DNA of 64,000 nucleotides, from positions 1-64,000 of the forward strand of contig JBGPFC010000001.1 of assembly GCA_041483195.1 (NCBI GenBank), given 5' to 3'. The DNA is from Candidatus Eiseniibacteriota bacterium. GTDB taxonomy: Bacteria > Eisenbacteria > RBG-16-71-46. The notes under the pieces are model-generated. The model was not told the origin of the DNA. It did no database searches and was given only the letters and a program-made list of their open reading frames with translations. How positions within the stretch are numbered: the stretch's first letter is position 1; every line of letters starts with the position of its first letter. The position numbers and the translations under genes are program-made. This document shows, piece by piece, positions 39,948-47,902 of the stretch.

Positions 39948-40029
39948 GGAATGATCTCCTTCGAGCTAGAGGGTCCGACCGTGGGTGCACGAATTCGTGC
40001 GCCGTCTCAGATTCGGGCAGCTCGAGAGA

Positions 40030-40410
40030 TCAACAGCGGAGGATGGGAAAGTGCTTTCCGGGAGGTTCGCCGGCCCAGAAGCGACGGGCCCCGACAAGAG
40101 GCGCGGCGACGGCAGCTACATATGGTGTGACGAGCGGCAGAGCCGTCGTCAGCGCGCCGCGAGCCGCCGGCGCGATGCTCCTCAAGGCGGTGAACACCTC
40201 GTCCCGACACGGCCCACACTCCGCCGTTCCGGTCGCGCCGATCGTCGCCTCAGAATCACAGGTGGGCAACACCATGCATGCGCAGAATCCCGGCTCCAGC
40301 TTCTCGACCCCGTCTGCGGAGATGCAGACGGAACCGCTCGCCAGCGGAGGCATGACGATGAGCAGTTGGAGGAGCGCGAGCATTCGGGTGGGCCACTTCG
40401 GTGCGCGCAT
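40030..40410 (-). CDS. Small Cys-rich hypothetical exported protein preceding the efflux genes
   Basis: VCISADG.EKLEPGFCAC...ECGPCRD; ends ILRC. Confidence 0.5.
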   Translation of the reverse strand: MRAPKWPTRMLALLQLLIVMPPLASGSVCISADGVEKLEPGFCACMVLPTCDSEATIGATGTAECGPCRDEVFTALRSIAPAARGALTTALPLVTPYVAAVAAPLVGARRFWAGEPPGKHFPILRC

Positions 40411-40486
40411 GGGTTCTCGACATTCGTGGAAATGCCGGCGCCGGTCAAGCTCGGGGCCGTCGCGGCAATCGTCGCTCGTGGGTCGA

Positions 40487-41047
40487 TCAGTCTCCCTCGA
40501 CGACAGGCAGCCCCTGGTCGATCCAGTCGTGCTGGAGGTTCTTGGCGATGTTGAGAACCCGGACGTCCGTGAATCCTATCTTGCGCGCGGCCCGAAACGC
40601 CGGGCGTACGTTGGGACAGTCGGCCCAGGGGCAGCAGCCGCAATACAACACCACCGCCTGCTCTCGCGGAATCTTCCGCAGTTCCTGCTGCAAGGCCGCC
40701 AATCCCTCCGGCTTCGAGGCGGGCCCAATGAACCGTGACCCCGGAATGTGTCCGGCTCGGAACAACACCTTGAACCCGACCTGCAGCACCACCGGTCGCT
40801 TTGCTGTCGTGTCGGCGAGGGCTCGCGCGAGGGCTTCGGGTTGGATCAGCTGCCCGGGCTGCGGCGGATCGGTGAGGCTCGACGCCAGGCGCAGCGAGTC
40901 CTCACCGCCCCGGGCTCGCGGGCCGGGTTCGCCGAAGACGGGGCGGTTGATCAGGGCGGGCAGGGCTATGGCGACAGCGGCCAGAGCCCCGAGCAAGACC
41001 GCGTGCAGGCGTGCGCGGAAGGATCGCGCGGACTCGAGGGCCGTCAC
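40487..41047 (-). CDS. Exported rhodanese-like protein
   Basis: GTGA overlap with upstream stop; GHIPGS, VVLYCGCCPWADCPNV, W..QGLPV. Confidence 0.8.
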   Translation of the reverse strand: MTALESARSFRARLHAVLLGALAAVAIALPALINRPVFGEPGPRARGGEDSLRLASSLTDPPQPGQLIQPEALARALADTTAKRPVVLQVGFKVLFRAGHIPGSRFIGPASKPEGLAALQQELRKIPREQAVVLYCGCCPWADCPNVRPAFRAARKIGFTDVRVLNIAKNLQHDWIDQGLPVVEGD

Positions 41048-42201
41048 ATCCAGCCTCGGAGCCAGGATTGCTCCAGCAGCACCTTGCCGAGGTGCCATCG
41101 GCGGGATGGCTTGTCCAAGGACACGGCAGGCAACGGCTCGGCGTAGAAATTGCCCTTGCCGAAGCCGGCCTTGCCGTCTCCCGTTTCGACGAAACACTCG
41201 CCGAAGCCGGTGAAGCGAGCCTCTTCTCCTCGGCCGGTGATGGCTCGCGCGATGTTTTTCGCAACCACCTGGGCCGCGAAGTGAGCGAAGACACCCGCCT
41301 TGGGCAGTGGCTTGCCCAGCTTGAGCGGGACCGAGTTGACGTCCCCGATGGCGTAGACGTTCGGAACGCGCGTCACGAACGTGTTGCGATCCACCTCGAT
41401 CCAGCTCCCTTCCGCGCACAGTCCCGAGTCGCTCACCACGGAAGGCACGTGGTGCGGTGGAACGAATCCGAGCATGCCGTAGGACGCGGCCGCGCCGTTG
41501 GAGAAGTGGATGCTGCGCGCGGCCGGGTCGACACGAGTCACCTGATGCTCGGGTCGATAGTTGATTCCCTTGCCCTCGACCATCTGACGAACGGCCGCAG
41601 AGACGTGGGCCCCCGCCACGCCCATCGGGCCGGGCTCCGCGGTGAACATGTCGACCTGGACATGCTCGCGCACACGCCGCGCACGGCAGGCGGCCTCGAC
41701 CAGCATCGCGGCCTCATACGGCGCGGCCGGGCAGCGATAGGCCGGCGCCGCGGTGAGGATCACGACACGGCCACTGCGCAGCGAGGCAAGCTGGTCGCGG
41801 AAGGCACTCGCTCCTGCGAGGGAGTACAGATCGTGGCCGCCGTCGACCAGACCGGGGATCGCGCTCGCGGCCGTGGCGGCGCCAAGCGCGATCACGATGT
41901 GGTCGGCACTCGAGGTTCGGCCCGCCACCACGACCTCGCGTCGGGCGGCATCGATCCGTTCGATCTCGCCCGTCGTCACCGTCACGCCGCGGTGGACCAG
42001 CCGCCGCAGCGGCCGTGAGATCTGCTCCGGACGGCGCGCCCCGACCAACAGCCAGAGCAGCGACGGCGCGAAGAGGAACGTCTCCTCACGGTTGACGAGG
42101 ACAAGCTCGTGGGTCGCGGGGAGGCGCTTGCGAAGGTCGTTGGCGACCACGATCCCGCCGACTCCACCACCCAGCACGAGAACGCGCTGCGTTCCTCCCA
42201 C
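41044..42201 (-). CDS. Sulfide:quinone oxidoreductase / FCSD-like FAD oxidoreductase
   Basis: VLGGGVGG, YRCPAAPYE, YAIGDV, LPKAGVFA, GECFVETG; GGAGGAG RBS. Confidence 0.85.
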   Translation of the reverse strand: MGGTQRVLVLGGGVGGIVVANDLRKRLPATHELVLVNREETFLFAPSLLWLLVGARRPEQISRPLRRLVHRGVTVTTGEIERIDAARREVVVAGRTSSADHIVIALGAATAASAIPGLVDGGHDLYSLAGASAFRDQLASLRSGRVVILTAAPAYRCPAAPYEAAMLVEAACRARRVREHVQVDMFTAEPGPMGVAGAHVSAAVRQMVEGKGINYRPEHQVTRVDPAARSIHFSNGAAASYGMLGFVPPHHVPSVVSDSGLCAEGSWIEVDRNTFVTRVPNVYAIGDVNSVPLKLGKPLPKAGVFAHFAAQVVAKNIARAITGRGEEARFTGFGECFVETGDGKAGFGKGNFYAEPLPAVSLDKPSRRWHLGKVLLEQSWLRGWM

Positions 42202-42215
42202 GTCTCCTCCCTCGA

Positions 42216-42575
42216 TCAGAAAACGAGCACCTGTTCGCTCGTCGCCGTCCACTCGGTGAGCTCGTCCATCGAGCCTCGGTGCGCGCCCTCGACCAGTTCT
42301 TCCGTCGCGATCCCGCGCGCGTCCATGCAGCTGCCGCAGACCCCGACTGCACCGCCGCGCTTCGTCACGGCGGAGAGCATGTGCTGCACGTTGTAGTAGC
42401 CGGCCGGAACCCGCTGGTTGGCCTTCGCGGCGGAGGCGCCATCACCCAGCAGGAACACCTTGACGCTGACGTTGTCCCGGCGGGCGAGCGACCCGGCGAG
42501 CCGAAGCCCGTTGTACACCCGCTCGCTGCCATAGGGAGCGTCGTTGAGTACGATCAGAAAGCTCGATGCGCTCAT
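42216..42575 (-). CDS. DsrE/YchN family sulfur-relay protein
   Basis: APYGSERVYNGLRLA, VFLLGDG, VCGSCMDARG. Confidence 0.9.
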   Translation of the reverse strand: MSASSFLIVLNDAPYGSERVYNGLRLAGSLARRDNVSVKVFLLGDGASAAKANQRVPAGYYNVQHMLSAVTKRGGAVGVCGSCMDARGIATEELVEGAHRGSMDELTEWTATSEQVLVF

Positions 42576-43253
42576 TCATGCACCTCGTGAAGGGCCCGAC
42601 TCGGTCGGGAGTCCGGCCCCCCGCCATTCGGGAAAGCCCTCGGCCAGCCGCCGCGCGCGAAAGCCCCGCGCCCGCAGCAACTCCACCGCGTGCACCGACA
42701 GCACACAATAGGGACCGCGGCAATACGCCACGATCTCCTTCCGCCTGGGCAGCTTGGCCAGACGTCGCTTGAGGTCTTTGAGCGGGACCGACACGGCCCC
42801 GCGGATATGTCCCGCCGCGTACTCCTCCGGCGGTCGGACATCGAGGATGAGCACGCTCTCCTCGCGCACACGCTTGACCAACTCGCGGCGGGAGACCGGC
42901 TCCAACTGCTCGGGAGAGATGAAGAAGGTGTGGATCAGGTCGTCGACCTCGTCGATCCGTGCTTTCGCCACGCGCCTGAGGATGTGGAGGAGATCGACGA
43001 CCTCGGGCCCGGCAAGCCGGTAGAAGACCCGCGTCCCCTGCCTACGCACGTCGACGAGACGAGCGGCTCGAAGTGCCTGGAGGTGGTGCGAGGTGTTTGC
43101 CGTGGGCAGCCGGGCTTCCGCCGCGAGCACGTCGACGCTGCGCTCACCCTGGGCGAGCAGCTCGAGCAGCTGAATCCGCTGGGCGCTCGAGACCGCCTTC
43201 CCAATGTGAGCGAAGTGCTCGAAGAGCCGCTGGGTAGCTTCCGTTCGATCCAT
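42576..43253 (-). CDS. ArsR/SmtB regulator fused to rhodanese domain
   Basis: RIQLLELLAQGERSV...TSHHLQAL; DVRPPEEYAAGHIRGA, AYCRGPYC. Confidence 0.9.
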   Translation of the reverse strand: MDRTEATQRLFEHFAHIGKAVSSAQRIQLLELLAQGERSVDVLAAEARLPTANTSHHLQALRAARLVDVRRQGTRVFYRLAGPEVVDLLHILRRVAKARIDEVDDLIHTFFISPEQLEPVSRRELVKRVREESVLILDVRPPEEYAAGHIRGAVSVPLKDLKRRLAKLPRRKEIVAYCRGPYCVLSVHAVELLRARGFRARRLAEGFPEWRGAGLPTESGPSRGA

Positions 43254-43257
43254 GGCT

Positions 43258-44043
43258 CTACTCCGGCTTGAGCGCGGTCATCATGACGGCCTTGACCCCA
43301 TACGCTTCAGCTGAGTTCTGCGTCGACTCCTTGCGGAACCGAAACCGCGGGACGACCGCGGATCGGACACGCGTGAAACCGGACTCCTCGAGCAGCCGGA
43401 ACAGCTCTCCCTCCGGGAGAGCGCCGCCGATTCAGCTGGCCCAGAGTTTGGGATCGTTGACGATCGATTGGGAAAGCTGCTTGGCGCTCACGATGTCGGT
43501 GATCGAAATGCGACCGCCCGGCCGGAGCACGCGAAAGATCTCCTCGACGACCCGGCGCTTACGGAACGAGAGGTTGATCACTCCATTGGAGATGACGACA
43601 TCCACCGAGGCCGCGGGCACCGGGATGTCCTCCATGCGCCCGACCTTGCATTCCATCCGGGTCCCGTTCTCTGCCGCGTGCGCCTGGACCTTGAGGCACA
43701 TCGCGGGGTTGAGATCGACACCGATGACCCTGCCGCTTGGGCCAACGCTCCAGGAGGCGATGATCGCGTCGAGGCCAGCCCCGCTCCCGAGATCGAGCAC
43801 CGTCTCTCCCGGCTGCAGGTTGCTTCGCTCGTGCGGATTGCCGACGCCGGCGAACGAGTCGACGGCGCTCGCGGGCGCGCGATCGAGCCACTCTGGCGAG
43901 TAGCCGAACAATTCCGCCGCCTCGCGGCCGTGGAAGAAGTGGAAGGTGCCCTTCGGGTTGTCGGCGACTTCCTGATACATGCGGACGATCTCGTCCTTGA
44001 GCACCGCCTCCAGAGAGGCCTGCGCGTCGACGGAATCAGTCAT
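43258..44043 (-). CDS. ArsM-like SAM methyltransferase, predicted selenoprotein (UGA at 43432-43434), 261 aa
   Basis: VLDLGSGAGLD, RVLRPGG; WAS-UGA-IGGAL matches ArsM W.xC.xGAL; frame continues to TAG at 43258. Confidence 0.85.
43404..43431 (-). promoter_or_regulatory. Bacterial SECIS-like hairpin
   Basis: GCTCTCCC-GGA-GGGAGAGC perfect 8-bp stem starting 9 nt after the UGA, G-initiated loop. Confidence 0.75.
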
Positions 44044-44138
44044 GTCGTGACTCCCCCCGTTCGTGTCCACGAGATCGGCGTGAGATTCGCGCCGCGGCAT
44101 GGCGATCGAGCCCAGGCCGTTCGATCCCTGCTCCTCAA

Positions 44139-44162
44139 GTATTCAAACGTGTACTTGAATAC
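44139..44162. promoter_or_regulatory. Inverted-repeat operator, putative ArsR-rhodanese site
   Basis: GTATTCAA-N8-TTGAATAC upstream of the methyltransferase operon. Confidence 0.65.
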
Positions 44163-44194
44163 CATGCGGACGACGGGTGAGTCAAGCGAGCCGG

Positions 44195-45403
44195 CTAGAA
44201 CATCGGGGTCGGCACGCGCCCCCACCCGGTGCCCGGACCCAGAGGATGGATGTCCAGCAGCACGAGGTTGTGGATGTCCACGTCCGCGAAGAACTGCGGC
44301 TCGCGGGTCGTGTTGATGCCGAAGAGTTGCGCGGGGGTATCGGCCGGCCCGGCGGAATCGATGCGCAGGAAGATCAGCCGGCGGACGACGTCCCCCGGGG
44401 GAGCATTCGGGGCCGACATGCCCGCCATGTCGTGGTGCATCATCGTGTGGCCGCCCTGCAGGTGCCGGAACGGGTGAAAGATCCAATCGGAGATCATCGC
44501 CAGCGTCTGGTGGTGCTGGTAGAGCCGCCACTGCGGCCCGATGTCTGCGATCATCCCCTGCATCACGTACTGCGGGGGCATGAGGTAGACGAGGATGGGC
44601 CCGGTCGTTTGCGAGAGGCGCGACTTCACTTCCGGCAGCTCGAGAACGTCGGCCATCCGGTGCTCGAGCATCATCGCGTCGCCCGGCAGGATGGTCATGG
44701 CCGTGACCCTTCCCTCCGACCACAGTGGCAATCGCGCGATCGTGAATGCGCGCAGGGCGAACGCGCTCCCGACGGCGACCGCGATCAGCAGGATGAAGCC
44801 GACCAGGGGCCGCAGCGCCGGGAAACCCGGCAGCGGCACGCGATCCACGGCCTGCTCCAGCGCGCGCGGGCAGAACCGGCCCGTCCGCTCCATGTAGTCG
44901 CGATACTGGTCGCCGAACTGGTTCAGCATCCGCCGCTCCTCGTCCATCGCCAGCAGGTAGTAGAGCCCGACCATGACGGTCCAGAGGACGACGGTGAGAA
45001 ATCGCGGCCACAGGATGGCCAGCCCGATTCCGGTGAGCGCGAGCGCGACGTATTGCGGATGGCGAATCCAGCGGTAGAGGCCGCCCAGCGCGGGGCCGCG
45101 ACGCAGGAACTGGTGGAAGTAGACCTGCGCCGCGCACGCGAGGAACACGACCGTTCCGCCCACGAAGAGCACCGAGCCCGCGACCCGGACGGCCTTGAGC
45201 ACGATCCCCGGGGGAAGCACCATGTGCGGCATGAAGAACGACGCGAGCCAGCGCGTTGCCGGCGAGTGGGCGAGGAAGAGCAGGAACGGGTTGAAGGCCG
45301 CGTAGAAGAACGCAGCGAACGGGCTGATCATGATCAGCACCTCGAGCGCGATGATGAAGTACAGGACGATGACGCCGCCGAACAGCGGGCGCGACTTGTT
45401 CAA
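44195..45403 (-). CDS. ICMT/PEMT-family membrane methyltransferase with C-terminal soluble extension
   Basis: AAGGAGGAG RBS before TTG; GGLYRWIRHPQY, EERRM..QFG.QY.DY..RT.RF.P. Confidence 0.8.
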   Translation of the reverse strand: MNKSRPLFGGVIVLYFIIALEVLIMISPFAAFFYAAFNPFLLFLAHSPATRWLASFFMPHMVLPPGIVLKAVRVAGSVLFVGGTVVFLACAAQVYFHQFLRRGPALGGLYRWIRHPQYVALALTGIGLAILWPRFLTVVLWTVMVGLYYLLAMDEERRMLNQFGDQYRDYMERTGRFCPRALEQAVDRVPLPGFPALRPLVGFILLIAVAVGSAFALRAFTIARLPLWSEGRVTAMTILPGDAMMLEHRMADVLELPEVKSRLSQTTGPILVYLMPPQYVMQGMIADIGPQWRLYQHHQTLAMISDWIFHPFRHLQGGHTMMHHDMAGMSAPNAPPGDVVRRLIFLRIDSAGPADTPAQLFGINTTREPQFFADVDIHNLVLLDIHPLGPGTGWGRVPTPMF

Positions 45404-45432
45404 GGATCTCCTCCTTCGGAACTGATCCGCTC

Positions 45433-45927
45433 CTACTTCGACTTTCTTCGCCGGCCGTTCTGGAGCCTCGCGAGCGCGTGCACGTGCCTGCGAATCGGGG
45501 CCTGCTGCCCCCAGCTTTCGAGCAACCGGGCAGGCCTGCCTCTCGGCGTGCGCGCGAGCCTCGCATCCCACTCCCCGAGCATCGTGCGCATCTGATCGCG
45601 CAGCAGCGCGAGGTCCCGGAGCTGGGCTTCGATGGATTCGAGCTTGGCGGCGGCCAGGGCTCGCACCTCGCGGCAGGGCGTTCCACCACGGTCCCTGATG
45701 CGCATGAGCCGCGCGAGCTCGTCGAGCGTGAATCCAACCGCGAGAGCGCGCTGTACGAGGTGGACGCGCCCGGGCGCCTGCGCGTCGTACTCGCGGTAGC
45801 CGTTCGGCGAGCGGCGCGACGCGAGCAGCCCCTTGCGCTCGTAGTGGCGCAGGGTGTCCTTGCTGAGCCCGGTCTTGCGGGCCAGCTCCCCCGCGCGCAA
45901 CGGACCGGGCGGTCCATCTTCGCTCAT
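45433..45927 (-). CDS. MerR family regulator (ZntR/CueR-like)
   Basis: LRAGELARKTG...TLRHYERKGLL...NGYREY, GFTLDEL, PCREV. Confidence 0.9.
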   Translation of the reverse strand: MSEDGPPGPLRAGELARKTGLSKDTLRHYERKGLLASRRSPNGYREYDAQAPGRVHLVQRALAVGFTLDELARLMRIRDRGGTPCREVRALAAAKLESIEAQLRDLALLRDQMRTMLGEWDARLARTPRGRPARLLESWGQQAPIRRHVHALARLQNGRRRKSK

Positions 45928-45934
45928 GGGCCGG

Positions 45935-45966
45935 ACTCTAGACCATGGAACTCATTCCATGGTCAA
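45935..45966 (-). promoter_or_regulatory. MerR-type long-spacer promoter with dyad operator
   Basis: TTGACC-20 bp-TAGAGT with perfect GACCATGGAA-N4-TTCCATGGTC; ATG 7 nt below the -10. Confidence 0.85.
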
Positions 45967-45997
45967 GGGCTCAGATCCGCGCTGGCGCTGAGCTGAT

Positions 45998-47407
45998 CTA
46001 CCTGGCTACGACGAGCTTCTGTATCCGCGAGACGTCCCTTGCCTGCATCCGGACGAAGTACACGCCCGACTTCAGGGGGCGACCGTCCGAATCCCTGCCA
46101 TCCCACGCGAGCACATGCTCACCGGCTGACTCGGCCCGATCCTGCAGCCGGATCACTTCGCGCCCCGCGATGTCCACCACCGCCAATCGCGCACGGCCCG
46201 CGCCGGGCAGCGCGTAGCGCAACGTCGCGCCGGCGTACGTCGGATTGGGCTCGGGCGCGCGCAACTCGAAGCCGCGCGCCGGGGCGAGCGCCTGCTCCAC
46301 CGCGGTCACAGGCGCGGGCGTCAGCACCATGGCCCGAGTGAAGGTCGTACGGAGCGCATCGCCCACGATCTGGCCCGCGTCGTTGATCTCGTCGGCATAC
46401 GTGAGGACGTACCCGGTGCCCGGGGCGATCAGGGAGTTGAGATCCTGCGGCGGGCCGCTCGCCGAGAACAGCGTCGCGCGCGATGCGTCGCCGGGGAGCG
46501 TGGAGTACCCCACGATTTCACCCGACCCATTGATTCCGAGCGCCTAGCTGCTCAGTGCACCGTCGAGCATTCCCAGATCGGTTGCCGAAAGTCCCACCCA
46601 GAGAGTCGCCCGCGACTCGCTCCCCGACTTGGAATAGCCGACGACATCGCCCTGGTTGTCGACGCCGATCGCGTCGGATTCCGAGAATCCTGCCAGTGGT
46701 GGAAGCTCGTCGATACTCGTCCCATGCAGCCTGAACCCACGAATCTGCCCCAGCATGTTGGCTCCGTAGCCGCAAATCTCGGAGCCGTCGTTGGAGATTG
46801 CGCTGGCCACGCTGAAGTAGCCCCCCAGGTTGGGCAGGAACGCGCTCGACCCTTCGCTCCATTTCATGGCGTGCCCCGGGCTGCTGACACACTGGGGGTA
46901 GCCGCAACCGCTCGTGAGATTGGTCCAGCCCACGACCACTCCCGAGTCCGAGATGCTGTAACCGTACGAGTCGCCCGCACCGGCCGGCTTGGGAAGGTCG
47001 AGGAGAGCCCCGCCGGGCGCCTGATGGGCGGCCGTGGCGAATCCGTTGGACTGCGTCAGCCCGAAACCGCACAAGGCCCCGTCGCTGTTCACGTCGGTCG
47101 CGGCACTGAGGAGCGAAACCACGAGCGCGCCCTCGTCGGTCATGCCGCCGGAGCTGGTCCAGCGGAAGACATGGCCTGCCGAACCATCGGTGGCGGCCCA
47201 GCCGACCACCAATCCGGCATTGTTGATTCCGGTCGCTTCAGACGTGCCGGTCGTGTCGGTTCGTAGCGTGCCGAGAACAGTGAGGTCGTACGACGAGGCT
47301 TCTGCCCTCGCTGCCGACAAGGCAAGCAGGCATATCATCGGGCAAAGAACTCGGGTGGATTTGTTCGGAGCGGGCTGTGAACCCGGGCTCAAGCCTCGAG
47401 CGATCAT
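45998..47407 (-). pseudogene. HAF-repeat secreted protein with FlgD-Ig/T9SS-like tail, interrupted by in-frame TAG at 46544-46546
   Basis: SEATGINNAG.VVG-type repeats; SS*ALGINGSGEIVG continues in the same frame to the tail. Confidence 0.8.
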
Positions 47408-47583
47408 TGGGGGCGGCCTCCTCGTGGCGATGGCGCGAGTGACGCGGGTGACGATCATATCAGTGGTGCCCGCGGGCATTGATGAGAAAATGTCGGCGCC
47501 CTGGCCCAATCCGCTCGAGATCGAAGCGGAACACGTGCGGCGAAGGAGGAGCCAGGCGGCGCGCAAGTCGATGCGCTTGTGAA

Positions 47584-47643
47584 TCACTGCCCCGCGGCCC
47601 GCCCCGCCTGCGTCCCGCTCGACCACGCCCACTGGAAGTTGAA
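47584..47643 (-). repeat. Displaced copy of the HI0933 gene 3' end (att-like scar 2)
   Basis: Encodes FNFQWAWSSGTQAGRAAGQ*. Confidence 0.9.
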
Positions 47644-47902
47644 TGCTGGCCAAACTCCGAGACTACGTGTCGCAATCGGGCACAAGGTGCTGCTATCGGA
47701 GACCTTGACCGCAAGGGCGTGCGACCGATCGCGACCCACGATGGTCGTTGTTGCCCGATGGTTCTCGCACAATTCTGGCACAGCCCAAAGCTGCGTCCTC
47801 GGCCATCGGGGACTGCGCCCGGCTCGTCCTGCACCTAGAAGGATCTGCCCCGGCCGACCATGTGATGCAGAGTTCACGGTCGGTCCTGCGGCTCCTCCTC
47901 CC

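Larger units (their letters stand above)
34489..47583. mobile_element. Putative genomic island (~13 kb) bounded by HI0933 3'-end copies
   Basis: Flanking direct repeats; cargo of efflux, sulfur and methyltransferase genes; no integrase seen. Confidence 0.65.

Noticed and set aside
43432..44100. Truncated methyltransferase pseudogene
   Set aside because: UGA sits at the conserved Cys position with a SECIS-like hairpin and an intact downstream frame
46544..46546. Pyrrolysine or reassigned TAG
   Set aside because: Non-catalytic variable position, no pyl genes seen, and TAG ends many genes in this window
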